The position numbers were made by a program, and so were the translations under genes. From positions 1,088,001 to 1,152,000 of the forward strand of contig CAWFAK010000017.1 in the NCBI GenBank assembly GCA_963813715.1: a stretch of 64,000 bases of DNA, in the 5' to 3' direction. The notes beneath the pieces are model-generated. The model did not search any database and had not been told where the DNA came from. It worked only from the letters and a program-made list of their open reading frames with translations. This DNA comes from an uncultured Planctomycetaceae bacterium (GTDB lineage: Bacteria > Planctomycetota > Planctomycetia > Planctomycetales > Planctomycetaceae). Below are positions 40,415 through 51,646 of this stretch, piece after piece. Numbering within the stretch: position 1 is the first letter of the stretch; each line of letters opens with the position of its first letter.

Positions 40415-41287
40415 CTACTCCGTTTCCTTATCGGAGATGTAGCGCGGCTGCGTGCCCCAGTGGAGCTTGCGGCGTAGCGTGGCGTAGTAGCTCAACCCGC
40501 TGACGCGCGCCAACTGGAACGTGACCGGCGCCCGCCGAACCTCGACCACGTCCCCTTCGCTGAGCGGACGATGCACCTGCCCATCGATAATGACGGCCGC
40601 CCCGCTCTGGCCGCGTCGCAGGGTGAGCGTGTAGACACAGTCGGCCCGATCGACGAGCGGCCGATTGGTCAGCGCGTGCGGGCAATTCGGCGTCACCACG
40701 AACGCCTCGAGGTCTTGCCGCAGGATCGGCCCGCCCGCCGCCAGGCTATAAGCGGTCGAGCCGACCGGCGTGCTGACGATCAGCCCATCGCAGCTATAAG
40801 TCGTCACAGGCTCACCGTCAATCGCCAGGTGGACGTCGACCATGTGGAAGGAGCCGCCGCACGAGACGACCACCTCGTTCAGTCCCAAGAACTTCTCAAC
40901 GGGCCGTCCCGCCGCCTTCACGGAACACTCGAACATCAGATGTTCGATGATGTGGTAGTCGCGGGCCTGCAGCTTGGGAAACTGTTCGCGAAACTCGACT
41001 GGGGAAAGATCGGCGAGAAAGCCCAGGCGTCCCAGATTGACGCCGACGATCGGCAACTGCCGCATCCCCATTTGCCGGCAGGCGCGGAGGATGGCTCCAT
41101 CACCGCCGAGGACAGCCACCAGATCGGCTTCGAGGTCGTCGAGGACGAGATCGTCGGTGACCGCCGCCGCCACCACCTCGACGCCCGGTTCGCTGGCGAG
41201 AAATTCCGACATTTCCCGCCAGGCATCCTGCACGCGGGCCGTCTGGTCTCGAGCCAGCACAATTAATTGCAGGGGCTTTCTCGCCAT
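40415..41287 (-). CDS. nadK: NAD(+) kinase
   Basis: LGGDGAIL, GVNLGRLGFL, LNEVV, DGLIVSTPVGSTAYSLAAGGP. Confidence 0.95.
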   Translation of the reverse strand: MARKPLQLIVLARDQTARVQDAWREMSEFLASEPGVEVVAAAVTDDLVLDDLEADLVAVLGGDGAILRACRQMGMRQLPIVGVNLGRLGFLADLSPVEFREQFPKLQARDYHIIEHLMFECSVKAAGRPVEKFLGLNEVVVSCGGSFHMVDVHLAIDGEPVTTYSCDGLIVSTPVGSTAYSLAAGGPILRQDLEAFVVTPNCPHALTNRPLVDRADCVYTLTLRRGQSGAAVIIDGQVHRPLSEGDVVEVRRAPVTFQLARVSGLSYYATLRRKLHWGTQPRYISDKETE

Positions 41288-41406
41288 CACATGTCTTTCG
41301 CGCCGAATTCCTGGGAAGCGCGCAAGGGATTGTGCACAATGAGGCCAGCGGTGACAACACCGCGCGGCCGCCGACGGTTGCCGCCAACCACGGACTTGCC
41401 CGCTCA

Positions 41407-42099
41407 ATGAATTATTTTGCCCACGGAATTCGCTTTGTCGACCGTCCCTGGTTCCTGGCCGGGACCGCGCTGCCCGACTGGCTGTCGGTCATCGACCGCC
41501 GAGTCCGACTGCGCCCGAAACTGATTCTCCAGCGGGCAAATGGCTCCGGTTCGATCGACGCGGAGATGGCCGCCGGCGCCTGTCAGCACTTTGAGGACGA
41601 CCGCTGGTTCCACAAGACGCGGGCATTTGCAGAGGTGACGGCTCAGCTCGCGCGGCTCTTTCGCGACTTTTTGGGAGTCGGCGACAACTTTCGCTGCGGC
41701 TTCCTGGGCCACATCGCCAGCGAATTGCTGTTGGATGGCGTGCTCATTGAGCGGCATCCGGAGTTGCTCGACCGATATTACAGCGTGTTTGCCCGACTCG
41801 ACGCGGCCCGGCTGACCGAAGTCATCGGCGACCTGGCAGGACAGCCGGTCGACGTGGGACATTGGCTGCCGATCTTCTGCCGCGAGCAGTTTTTGCGCGA
41901 TTATGCCGACAGCGTGCGACTGGCCTATCGCTTGAATCAAGTTCTGCGGCGGGTCAAACTGGATCCGCTCCCGGCGGGCATCGAGGAGCCGCTGTCGGCC
42001 GGCCGCAGCATCGTGCGAGCCAATGCGGACGGCCTGCTCCCCGCGTCCCATTTTGCCGTCGTCCCGCTCTCCATCACACCATCCGTCGAGGCAGGCTGA
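41407..42099 (+). CDS. AcpH-like (ACP phosphodiesterase-like) metal-dependent hydrolase
   Basis: MNYFAH start, LPD, QHFEDDRWFH, HIASELLLD and EQFLRDY resemble the AcpH motif pattern. Confidence 0.55.
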   Translation: MNYFAHGIRFVDRPWFLAGTALPDWLSVIDRRVRLRPKLILQRANGSGSIDAEMAAGACQHFEDDRWFHKTRAFAEVTAQLARLFRDFLGVGDNFRCGFLGHIASELLLDGVLIERHPELLDRYYSVFARLDAARLTEVIGDLAGQPVDVGHWLPIFCREQFLRDYADSVRLAYRLNQVLRRVKLDPLPAGIEEPLSAGRSIVRANADGLLPASHFAVVPLSITPSVEAG

Positions 42100-42100
42100 T

Positions 42101-42943
42101 ATGAAATATGGCATGAATATGCTGTTGTGGACGACCAATGTCGATGCGTCGCACGACAAGGTCTTCGAGATGCTGAAGGAGACGGGCTACGACGGCGTCG
42201 AAATCCCGATCTTCCAGCTCGACGACGCCAACTTTCAGCGAATCGGCAAAACGCTGTCCTCGCTCAAGCTCGAGGCCACCACGGTCGTCTGCGTCGGCGC
42301 CGCGGTGAATCCGATTTCGCCCGATGCGGCCATCCGCAAAAGCGCGATGGACCACCTGAAGAAGGCGATCGACCTGAGTCGCGTCTGCGGCTCGAAGCTC
42401 CTGGCCGGCCCCTTTCACTCAGCGATCGGCGAGTTCACGGGCAAAGGCCCCACGTCGGACGAATGGAAGCGGGGCACCGAGTTCTTCGGGAATTTGGCCG
42501 ACTACGCCAAACAAGCCGGCGTGACGCTGGTGCTCGAATACCTCAACCGCTTCGAGTGCTACTTCCTCAATACGGCCGCCGACACGGCCCGCTTCTGCCG
42601 CGAGGTCAATCACCCGAACCTGCGGATGATGTATGACACGTTCCACGCGAACATCGAGGAAAAGAGCATCGCGCAGGCGATTCGCGAGTGTGCGCCGTAC
42701 ACCGCGCACGTTCACATTTCGGAAAACGACCGCGGCACGCCCGGCGAGGGGCATGTCGATTGGGATACGACCTTCAAGACCCTCAAAGAGACCAAGTACG
42801 ACGGCTGGATGGTGGTCGAAGCCTTCGGTCTCGCTCTGCCCGATTTGGCGGCTGCGACAAAGATCTGGCGACGCATGTTCACGAGCGAAGAGCAGCTATC
42901 GAGAGACTCGCTGCGATTCATGAAGTCACGCTGGGCGAGTTGA
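42101..42943 (+). CDS. Sugar phosphate isomerase/epimerase (D-psicose/D-tagatose 3-epimerase family)
   Basis: GYDGVEIP, LEYLNRFECYFLN, YDTFHANIEE, HVHISENDRGTPG, VEAF. Confidence 0.9.
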   Translation: MKYGMNMLLWTTNVDASHDKVFEMLKETGYDGVEIPIFQLDDANFQRIGKTLSSLKLEATTVVCVGAAVNPISPDAAIRKSAMDHLKKAIDLSRVCGSKLLAGPFHSAIGEFTGKGPTSDEWKRGTEFFGNLADYAKQAGVTLVLEYLNRFECYFLNTAADTARFCREVNHPNLRMMYDTFHANIEEKSIAQAIRECAPYTAHVHISENDRGTPGEGHVDWDTTFKTLKETKYDGWMVVEAFGLALPDLAAATKIWRRMFTSEEQLSRDSLRFMKSRWAS

Positions 42944-44068
42944 TCAGTCGCTGCCCGCTCCGGACGATCAAGGCGAACGTCATAAAGGCGGCTCGACTCC
43001 GGTTGCTGGTGCTGTTGTTGCTGTCGCTGGTGCGGCTCGACCTCTGGGATCATGATCGGCGAAGGTGTAAAGCCGACGATCACGAAGGCCAGGGTCAGCC
43101 AGCCAAGCACGATCCGCCCGGCCCCCAAGGGCATCTGGTCGTCGGTCGTCGGCGGATGACGCGGGCCCGACAAAAACAACAGCACGACCATCAGGCCGTA
43201 GCTGATTTCGCCTTGCCGGATCATGTAGGCGATGGCCAGAACCAAAAGCAAAATGGCCACCCGATGGGCGCCGCGACCGATCAGCGTGTAGAGAATGTGA
43301 CCGCCGTCCAGCTGTCCGATCGGGACCAGGTTGAGGGCAGTGATGAAAATTCCGACCCAGCCCGCAAACAGCCAGGGATCGTCGTATCTGAGTGCGTAGC
43401 CCGCGGGAATCGGCCCTTTAATCAAATGGATGAGCCAGCGGAGGATCATCGGCTCGCCGTAAATCGGGTCGGCCGAATTCGCGTTGAAGGGTTCGAAGCC
43501 GGCCTGGTGCAGGCCGATGATCGTGATCGGGATGGTCAGCACCAAACCCGCCAAAGGCCCACTGATGGCAATGTCGAACAGGCTTTTCCGGTTTGCGACC
43601 CCGGCTCCCTGAATGATCACCGCTCCCATCGTGCCGAAAGGTGAAATCGGAAAGGGAATAAAGAACGGCGGCGTCGCCGGCACTTTGTTCCACTTGGCCT
43701 GCAAAAAGTGCCCCATTTCGTGCGCGATCAGGATGGCCATCACCGCGCCGAAATAGATTGCCCCCTCCTTGAGCATTGGGGGAACGACCGCTGCCAGCTG
43801 GTCTTTTTGCGCCCTCACGCAGACGATCGAGCGCGCCGAAGACGCCCCGGCTCGGCGAGAGTCCGGCGGCGAAGACGCTGACGCACGTCGCCAGAAAAAA
43901 AGTGATCGCGACGGGATGTCTGCCGATCAGCGAAGGCCGCGGAGTCGCCGGTCGGACAAAGCGCACCGAAGTCGGACGCGGAGCCGTTGGGGGCGTGTAG
44001 AACGTCGTGATTTCAAGCGGCCGGGCAACGTCAGAGTGCTCCCCCGCTCCGGGCGTCGGTTCGTTCAT
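42712..44068 (-). CDS. Site-2 protease (peptidase M50; frameshift near 43815; 3' end uncertain)
   Basis: HEMGH, PFGTMGAVI, DIAISGPLAG, LNLVPIGQLDGGH; N-terminus in ORF 43418..44068. Confidence 0.88.
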
Positions 44069-44139
44069 GCTGAGCGTATTTTAGGGGAGGCCGGCTTGCA
44101 GGCGAAGGGGACAACCAGACGCCAACAATTTCGGCCGTC

Positions 44140-44679
44140 TCAATCGGCCATTTCTTCGAGCACGCGGGCGAAGGCGCCGTAGCTGCCCGCGTCGAAGAGG
44201 ACGAAGCGCACCTCGAAGGGTCGCGCTAGCTCGAGTTCGAAGGCACGAACCGTCTTCAACGCACAGTTGGCCGCCAGGTCCCGGGGGTATCCGTAGACGC
44301 CTGTGCTGATCGCCGGAAAGGCGATGCTCCGGCACTGGTACTCGACCGCCAGTTCGAGGCAGCGCTGATAGGCGGACGCCAGGAGCTTCGCTTCCTGCTG
44401 CTGGCCGCCACGCCAGACCGGGCCCACCGCGTGAAAAACGTAACGGGCACTCAGCAGGCCCCCCGCAGTCGGCACGGCGTCCCCGGTGCGGCAACCCTGT
44501 GGATAGCGACGACGTGTCTCTTCCATCAGCGATGGCCCGGCCGCGCGGTGGATCGCGCCATCGACGCCCCCACCCCCCCCCAATTCGGGGTTGGCCGCAT
44601 TCACGATCGCGTCGGCGTTCTGCTCGGTGATGTCGCCCTGGACCAGCACCACCTGAGCCGGACCGAAATAGACTCGCAT
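44140..44679 (-). CDS. ymdB: Macro domain O-acetyl-ADP-ribose deacetylase
   Basis: GDIT, AIVNAAN, GGGGVDGAIHRAAGP, HAVGPVW, IAFPAISTGVYGYP. Confidence 0.9.
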   Translation of the reverse strand: MRVYFGPAQVVLVQGDITEQNADAIVNAANPELGGGGGVDGAIHRAAGPSLMEETRRRYPQGCRTGDAVPTAGGLLSARYVFHAVGPVWRGGQQQEAKLLASAYQRCLELAVEYQCRSIAFPAISTGVYGYPRDLAANCALKTVRAFELELARPFEVRFVLFDAGSYGAFARVLEEMAD

Positions 44680-44741
44680 GGCTCTCCGCTCGAGTGGCAC
44701 CTCCGTGTGCTCGACAGTTCGCGGTTGGTGACCGGATCGGC

Positions 44742-45524
44742 CTATTGCTTTTTCGCGGCGGCTTTGAGCCGTTGGGCAGCTGTCGAAGCCGCGTCCTGAA
44801 GCAACTGAACCTCGTTGGAATAGGAAATAAATCGCATCCCCTTCCGCGCCCAGTGCTCCAAGTTGTTGATGTCTAGCCCGATTGCGCCCGCCGCGACATT
44901 GTGCTTTTGGGCCAGGTGAATTGCGCGCTCGGTGATCGCCGTCATCCGCGGATGATCGATCTGTCCGGGAATTCCCAGGTCGATCGACAGGTCGGTAAAT
45001 CCCAGGCAGGCCACGTCGACGCCGGGAAATGACATGATTTCGTCCAACTCTTCCAGCGCCTCCTTGCGTTCGATCTGGATCGCGCACAAGGTCTGTTGAT
45101 TATTGGACTCCATTAGCGCCTGGATCGACGTCTCGTCGAAATCGGTCTGCCCCATGGTCGCTGAAAAGCTCCTGGCGCCGTCCGGCGGATAGCGCATCCA
45201 CGAAATGATGTCTCGCACCTGCTCGGGCGTGTTGACCCGCGGCACCATAATTCCCATCGCCCCCTGGTCGAGCACGCGGCTGACGAGCGAATAGTCGGCC
45301 TGCGGGACGCGGACGATGGGCACGATGCCGCGGCTGCGGGATGCAGTAATCAAGTCGGCCACGCTCTCCATGCTGTAGGCCGAATGCTCCATGTCGATGA
45401 AGACGAAATCGAAGCCCGCCCGCGCATACATGCGGGCAATGTCGGGACTGCGGAGACGCGAGATTTCGCTGCCGACGACGGTCTGACCCGCCTTGAGGGC
45501 CTGCTTTACCGGATTGCTGCGCAT
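44742..45524 (-). CDS. HpcH/HpaI aldolase family protein
   Basis: GFDFVFIDMEH, PIVRVP, LDQGAMGIMVP, QIE, GFTDLSIDLG. Confidence 0.9.
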   Translation of the reverse strand: MRSNPVKQALKAGQTVVGSEISRLRSPDIARMYARAGFDFVFIDMEHSAYSMESVADLITASRSRGIVPIVRVPQADYSLVSRVLDQGAMGIMVPRVNTPEQVRDIISWMRYPPDGARSFSATMGQTDFDETSIQALMESNNQQTLCAIQIERKEALEELDEIMSFPGVDVACLGFTDLSIDLGIPGQIDHPRMTAITERAIHLAQKHNVAAGAIGLDINNLEHWARKGMRFISYSNEVQLLQDAASTAAQRLKAAAKKQ

Positions 45525-45808
45525 CGGTGTGACCAAAGAGGGGTTGTCGAACGAGAGGATGGCTGATTTCCCATCCTGGCTTTGCAAAAGTCGGGCCGCT
45601 CGCCACCGAGAGGGAGATCGGCTCCAGAATATCCAAATTCCGACGCGGCGTGATGCCCATTTTCTCGTCACCGGCGGACCTGGTCGGACCCGGGAGCAGA
45701 CCGGCCGCAAACTCGCCTTGTTCCATCCTGCCACAATCGCGAAACTTCGCCTCCCCGAACGGGGCGGGCAGGAGCGGAGGCGTGGGGGTGGTCAGGCGGG
45801 AGCGAGGC

Positions 45809-47053
45809 GTGGCGGAGTACACCGACCGGGAACAATTCATTCCGATCCGCAAGACCGATCTGGTCGAATTGTTGTGTCGGGATTGGCCGCTGACGCCCCA
45901 CGACCGTGAGCAATTCCGCCGCTTTTGCCGTCGCCTCGATGCGACGCTGCACTGCGAGTACCACGCCCGGCTGGAGCAGCTCAAGGACGCCTACGCCGGC
46001 TTCGACCCCGACGCCGACACGCATCCCCTCGAGCCCCACGCGGCCGGCAAGCATGCCCAGGAAATTGAGCTGCTCTTTTCCCAGTTCATCGCCCTGTTGG
46101 AGCGGGCCAACTTCAAGCGGCTCTCGCCCGCGGAATTGAACGCCGCCCTACAGAGTGCGAGCGACTGGGGCATCAATCTCGAAGTCGATTTCGACGTCTT
46201 CGATCGTCTGGAAATCTTCGTCCGCGGCGACGTCGTCGGTCAACGCACCCGGCGGCGCTGGCGAAACCTGATGCGCCTTGAAGAGGTGAAGCTGCCCGTC
46301 TATCAGCGGCTCGTCGTGATTCTCAAGCTGCGCGAGGACGGTGGTCAGCCGGCCCACATCGACACCGATTCGGTCTATATCAAGATCTTCAAAGACATCC
46401 CCAAAGTCGACGTCGAGATGCTCTTGCCGGGCACCCGCGTGAAGCTGAGCCTCACCGATCGCGGAAAGATTGTGCTCCCCACGCTCAGCGGCGTCGCCAT
46501 CACCGGCTGGAAGCTACTGCAAGGGGCTCTGACTCTCGCCCTGTCGAGCGCCTATCAATCGCTGGCTCTCTTGAGCCTGGTCGGCGGCACGGTGGGCTAC
46601 GGTCTGCGGTCGTTTTACGGTTACCTGCAGACCAAACAGAAGTATCAGCTCAGTCTGGCCGAGAGCCTCTACTATCAAAACCTGGACAATAACGCCGGCT
46701 CGCTGTTTCGCTTGTTGAACGAGGCCGAAGAGCAGGAATTTCGCGAAGCCGTGCTGGCCTATTTCTTCCTGCTGACCAAGGCGGGCGACGCCGGCTGGAA
46801 GCGCGAGCACTTGGACGATGCCATCGAAGAATTCTTGGACGCGGCGATGGACATCAAAGTCGATTTTGAGATCGGCGACGCGGTCGACAAGTTGGTGCAC
46901 TTCGAGCTGATTCAGCACAGCGAAGACGGCCTGCTTCGAGCCGTCTCGCTGCGCGAAGCGCTGATCGCCCTCGATCGGGCGTGGAGCCACGCCGGCCACG
47001 AATTCAGCCTGGGCCACGTGCGTGAAAGCGTCCCGTTCCGCCGCAGCGCGTAA
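45809..47053 (+). CDS. DUF3754 / TMEM143 family membrane protein
   Basis: REQFIPIRK, YAGFDPD, KIFKDIPKVDVEMLLP, LYYQNLDNNAG, AEEQEFREAVLAY. Confidence 0.8.
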   Translation: MAEYTDREQFIPIRKTDLVELLCRDWPLTPHDREQFRRFCRRLDATLHCEYHARLEQLKDAYAGFDPDADTHPLEPHAAGKHAQEIELLFSQFIALLERANFKRLSPAELNAALQSASDWGINLEVDFDVFDRLEIFVRGDVVGQRTRRRWRNLMRLEEVKLPVYQRLVVILKLREDGGQPAHIDTDSVYIKIFKDIPKVDVEMLLPGTRVKLSLTDRGKIVLPTLSGVAITGWKLLQGALTLALSSAYQSLALLSLVGGTVGYGLRSFYGYLQTKQKYQLSLAESLYYQNLDNNAGSLFRLLNEAEEQEFREAVLAYFFLLTKAGDAGWKREHLDDAIEEFLDAAMDIKVDFEIGDAVDKLVHFELIQHSEDGLLRAVSLREALIALDRAWSHAGHEFSLGHVRESVPFRRSA

Positions 47054-47252
47054 TGAACGGCGAGTTTTTCTCAGCTTCTGGCGGGTTCACGCGCGAGCGG
47101 CGGACGCGTTCGCCCCCCCTGCGTTGCCGCCGCCAATGTCTTCCCATAGACAAAAGGCACTCGGAATCGCGTCTTCTGGGAGAGCCCATCGCCCGTGAGA
47201 GACCCGGTACACCCAGAGAGGCCCCATAAAGCCTTTCGGGGCAGGAACTTCC

Positions 47253-47281
47253 TTGAATCCGTCCGCGCGGGCTTCTATGTT
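47253..47281 (+). promoter_or_regulatory. Putative sigma70-type promoter of the long downstream operon
   Basis: TTGAAT-N17-TATGTT, 45 bp upstream of a GGAGG RBS and ATG 47326. Confidence 0.4.
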
Positions 47282-47325
47282 GAAATCAGCACAGGATTCG
47301 CACGTTGTCGCTCGGGAGGTCAGCG

Positions 47326-48991
47326 ATGCCCACTCCGACTGAGGCCGCACCTCAGCGGCCGGCTGGAACGCCGCGTCTGCTTGATCGCACGCAGCGACTG
47401 CTTGCCAGCACCCTGCGGCGGTTGCGCTGGGCCGTCATCACCCGACGGGCCCTATTCGCCTTCTTCGCGCTGGCTGCCGGTTACTGTGTCGCGGTGTTGG
47501 TCGCCCGCTTGACCGGGGCATTTTCGCTGAATGTGCCGTTTTGGACGCCGGCGGTGCTGCCGTTGGTCGCGCTTGTGCTCGGGGCGATCTGGCCGAATCG
47601 GCCCGGCGCGCGATGCGGCGCGGGCCATCGACCGCGGCGCCGGCACCAACGATTTGTATCTCACGATGGTCCTGCTCGAGGGCAGCGCCGGCGAATACCA
47701 ACCGCTGGTGGCGGCCAAGGCCGAATCGCGGGCTGCAACCATCCGCCCGCGCGAAGTCGCCCCCCTCAAGGTCAATCGGCGATTAACGTCGATTGCCGCG
47801 GTGTTGGCTGTCGTGGTCGCGGCCGTTCCCTTCGTGCCGCAGCTCGATCCGTTCGGCAAGGTCGCCGCGGCAGAAGAGACGCGAGAGGAACTCCGCCACG
47901 TCGAGGAGAGCAAGCAGGCGACTAAGGAGCGGCTGGCCAAGATCGAGCGCGAGAACCTCTCGAACGAAGAGGCCAAAGAAGTCCAGCAAGCGCTCGAGCA
48001 GCTGAAAGCCGCGATGAAAGCCACACAGGTTAAGGCTCGGCAAGCCAACGGCAAGCTGATCGCCGGCGCTCAGAAAACCGTTGCCGGCGAGTGGCGGAAG
48101 ATCAGCTCGGAGAAACTCAACGACCTCTTCGCCAAATCAGCCGCCAACGCGGGGCAGGAAATGGGGGCCGGCTCTTCCGCGCTCTCGAAAAAATGGTTGG
48201 AGGATCTGCAGTCCGGCTCGACCGAATCGATCAAGAAGGAGCTCGCGGCCGTGCAGCGCGATCTCGAAGAGCTGGCCAAGACCAAGGACCCGGCCAGAAA
48301 GGCTGAGCTCACCCAAAAGCTCCGCGAACGGCTCGACGCCCTCTCGCAGTTTGCCAACGAGCAGTCGGGATCCAAGCCGCTCGCGGCGGCCCTCAAGCGG
48401 ACCCAGGAACAAATGCGGATGGCGGCCAAAGCTGGCCAGTCTGGCGATGCGCAAGATCCGGCCACTGAAGAGGCGCTCAAGGCCGCCGCCGAATCAGCCA
48501 AGCTGGCCGACAAGGAGCTCGAGCAGATCGCGCAGTCGGCTAAGGACCTCAACGAATTGGAAAAGGCGTTGAGCGTGCTGCAGAAAGCCAAACAACTCAA
48601 CAACTCCGACTTGCTCGACGGCTCGAAAATGGACGGCCTGCAGTCGATGTCCGACTATGAAGCCATGTACGACAAGATGATGAAAGGTGCCCAGCCGGAT
48701 ATGGGCGAATTCGGCGACGGCGGTCCGGCCGAAGAAAACGACTCCAAGAAATCGGGGTTCAAGACGGAGCTGTCGAAGTCGCAGATCGCCAAGGGGAAAG
48801 TGCTGCTCACCCTCAAGACCAAGGGCATGGGCGATCCGGCCGAGGTCAAGGAGCAGTATCGAACGGCCGTCCGCGACGTCAAACAAAACCTCAGCGAAGC
48901 CATTCTCCGCGAAGAAATCCCGCCCGGATACCACGAAGGCATCAAGGGCTACTTCGACTCGATCGACGAAACGCCCGCTCCGGGCAAATAA
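47326..48991 (+). CDS. Membrane-anchored coiled-coil protein (frameshift near 47605)
   Basis: N-terminal TMs, long K/E/A/Q helical region, C-terminal EEIPPGYHEGIKGYF motif like those ending MoxR-operon partner proteins. Confidence 0.7.
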
Positions 48992-49000
48992 CGAACCGGC

Positions 49001-50063
49001 ATGCCAAACAAGAAACGGACCGCAGTAGCGGCTGCCGGCATCATTCTGGCGGGCGCCCTGGTCAGCTTCGCCGTCTGGCCCCGCATGTTTGAAGCGGGCA
49101 CGCCGGTGGTCAACGTCTACTGCGCGCACGACGCGATTTTTGCCGACGCCATCTTCGACGAGTTCACGCGCCAAACAGGGATCAAGGTCGCCATCACCTA
49201 CGACACGGAAGCGACGAAGTCGTTGTCATTGGTCGATCGGCTCAAGCGCGAACGCGAGCATCCGCAGTGCGACGTGTTCTGGAACAACGAGCAGGTCGGC
49301 ACGATGGACCTGGCCGGCCAAGACGTGCTGGCTACGTACAAGGGAAGCGGTTACGGACGAATTCCCGCTCTCTACAAAGACGCCGACGGCCGCTGGACCG
49401 GGTTCGCGGCACGAATGCGGGTCTGGATCGTGAACACCAAAGCGATGCCGCCCGACCGCGAGAAGGTCGAAACGTTTTTCAAAAATCATCCCGAACATTG
49501 CCGCAATGGCCAATCCGCTGTACGGGACGACGCTGACCCAGTTCAGCATCCTGTGGCAGCTGCGCGGGCCCAAGCACGTGAAGAGCTGGCGGGCCGACCT
49601 GCGCCAGCGGGGTCTGCGCGAGATGGCGGGCAACGCGCCGGTCAAGGACGCCGTAGCGGAAGGCGTCTGCGAAGTCGGCTGGACCGACACCGACGACTTT
49701 TTCGAGGCGCTCGACGACAAGAAGCCGGTCGCGATGCTTCCCCTCTTTGTGTCGGACGGCAAAGCGACGGGCGCCGAGTCGAAGTACACAATCATCGTGC
49801 CGAATACGGTCGGCCTGATCCAAAATTGCCCGCACCAGAGCGAGGCCCAGCGGCTCGTCGACTTTTTGCTCTCCGCCGAGACCGAGCTCGCGTTGGCCCG
49901 GTCGAAGTCGCGGCAGATCCCCCTCGGACCCGTCGACAGCCAGAAGATCCCGCCAGAGGTCCGCGAGCTGGCCCAGTCGGTGCCACAAGGCTACGACCTG
50001 CGTAAGCTCGAGATGCCGCGGCGCGAGTGTATCGACTGGCTCAAGTCGGAGTCGCGGCGATGA
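49001..50063 (+). CDS. Fe3+-type ABC transporter substrate-binding protein (frameshift near 49500)
   Basis: VNVYCAHD, FTRQTGIKV, CDVFWNNE, WTGFAARMRV, MANPLYGTT, AQRLVDFLLS. Confidence 0.8.
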
Positions 50064-51570
50064 GCCTGGCCGCGGTCTGCGCCTGGTCGTTTTTGCGGAG
50101 CGCAGCGGTCGCCCTCTTCGCAGCGCTCCTCTCCCAGCCTCTTGCCAACGTGCTTGTCGCCTCGAAGGCGCCGCTCGCCACCGGGAGCGGAATTAACGGA
50201 CGGGAACGAACGCGTCGACGGGCGGCGTTGCTCGGCCGAGGCGTTCTTTGGGGGTTGCTGCTGGCTCCGTTTCTCGTTCCGCCGCTCTTGGTCGGCTACG
50301 CGTATTACCGACCGGCGCTGATGCTGGTGCACTATCCACGGACGACCGAGGCCATTTATTGGGCCGTGCTTTTTTTGCGATTCTTCGCCGCGGCAGTACT
50401 GATTCGTGTCTTCGCGCCGCCGTCGCCGCTGTCGGCCGAAGCCATTCACTGCCAGCGGCTGTTGCGCCCTCGCAACAAAGCCCGGCTGCGGCGCTGGGCC
50501 GCGGACGTTTTCACCTGGTTGCGCGGTCCCGGCCAGCCTTCAATTGCGGCGTTCGCCGTAATCTTTCTGTCGGCCTTTCAAGAGTTTGAAATCGCCGCGC
50601 TGATGGGAATCACCGCCGGCGACGTGCAATCACCGGCCAGCTGGACTGTTTGGCTCTTCAATTGGCAGGCGGGTGGCGCGCCCCTCTCTGAATCGCTCAC
50701 CTTCGCCATGACTCCGCTCTTCTACGAATTGGTGGTGATCGTGCCGGTGCTGATTCTGCTCGGCTCGTGGATGTCGTCACCCTGGCGCGTGGAACGTGAA
50801 GCGGACGGCAGCGTGAGGGCGCGCGTCGCGAGCGAGATCTTCTTGATCGCCGCCACGCTGGTGATCGCCAGCGGACCGAGCTTGATTGTCTTCCGCGGCG
50901 CTCTGCGCGGGCTGCAAAGCCGGGCCGCGACGGGCCCTTTGTTACCCGAAATCGGCATCGCCGCGGCCATCGCGTCGACAGCGGTGCTGTTGATCGGCAT
51001 TTTGTGTGCGGCCGCTCTGGGCCTTACGCCGCGACGGCTGCGGGGCGCAATCGTCTCGTTACTCTGCCTGCCCGGCGCGCTCGGTTCCCTGGTGTTGAGC
51101 ATGGGCGTGCTGTGGCTCTTCCAACAGCCGGGGCTGCAGTCGTTATCGCAATCGCTGGTGCCGGTCGTGCTGGCCATTGCTTTCGTCCTGCTACCGCGCT
51201 CGCTCATCCTGACGGCCATGCTGGGCTCGAGTCGCCGCGCCCAGGCCGCCCACTGGCGCGGATGCTCGCACAATCGCCTTCGGCTCCACAGCGGCGTGCG
51301 GCGGCCCGGTTAATCGACGAGTTGGAAGTCCGCCGTTTCTTCTGGGCAGCGGTGCTCGTTTGGTATTGGGCCTACTGGGAGCTGACCGCGCCGTCGATCC
51401 TGGCTCCGCCGGCCGCGACGCCTTTTGTCGTGCGGATGTACAACTTCATGCACTACCGACAGGACGATCCGCTGTCGGTGATGATCGTGGCGTCGATCCT
51501 CGTCCCGCTGGCCGCCATTGCCCTTCTGGCGGCCGCGCGGCGGTTCGTCGTACGCTGGGTGCTGCAATGA
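50060..51570 (+). CDS. Iron-type ABC transporter permease (frameshift near 51255)
   Basis: Two repeated multi-TM halves (PFLVPPLLVG...FQEFE; LPGALGSLVL...YWELTA); ATGA-coupled to the binding protein gene. Confidence 0.7.
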
Positions 51571-51646
51571 ATTGTTGCCACCGCATTCGACGTAGCACCA
51601 AGAAAAACTCGAAGGCTGCAGCGAACCCGGGGGCGCGGCGTCGGAC

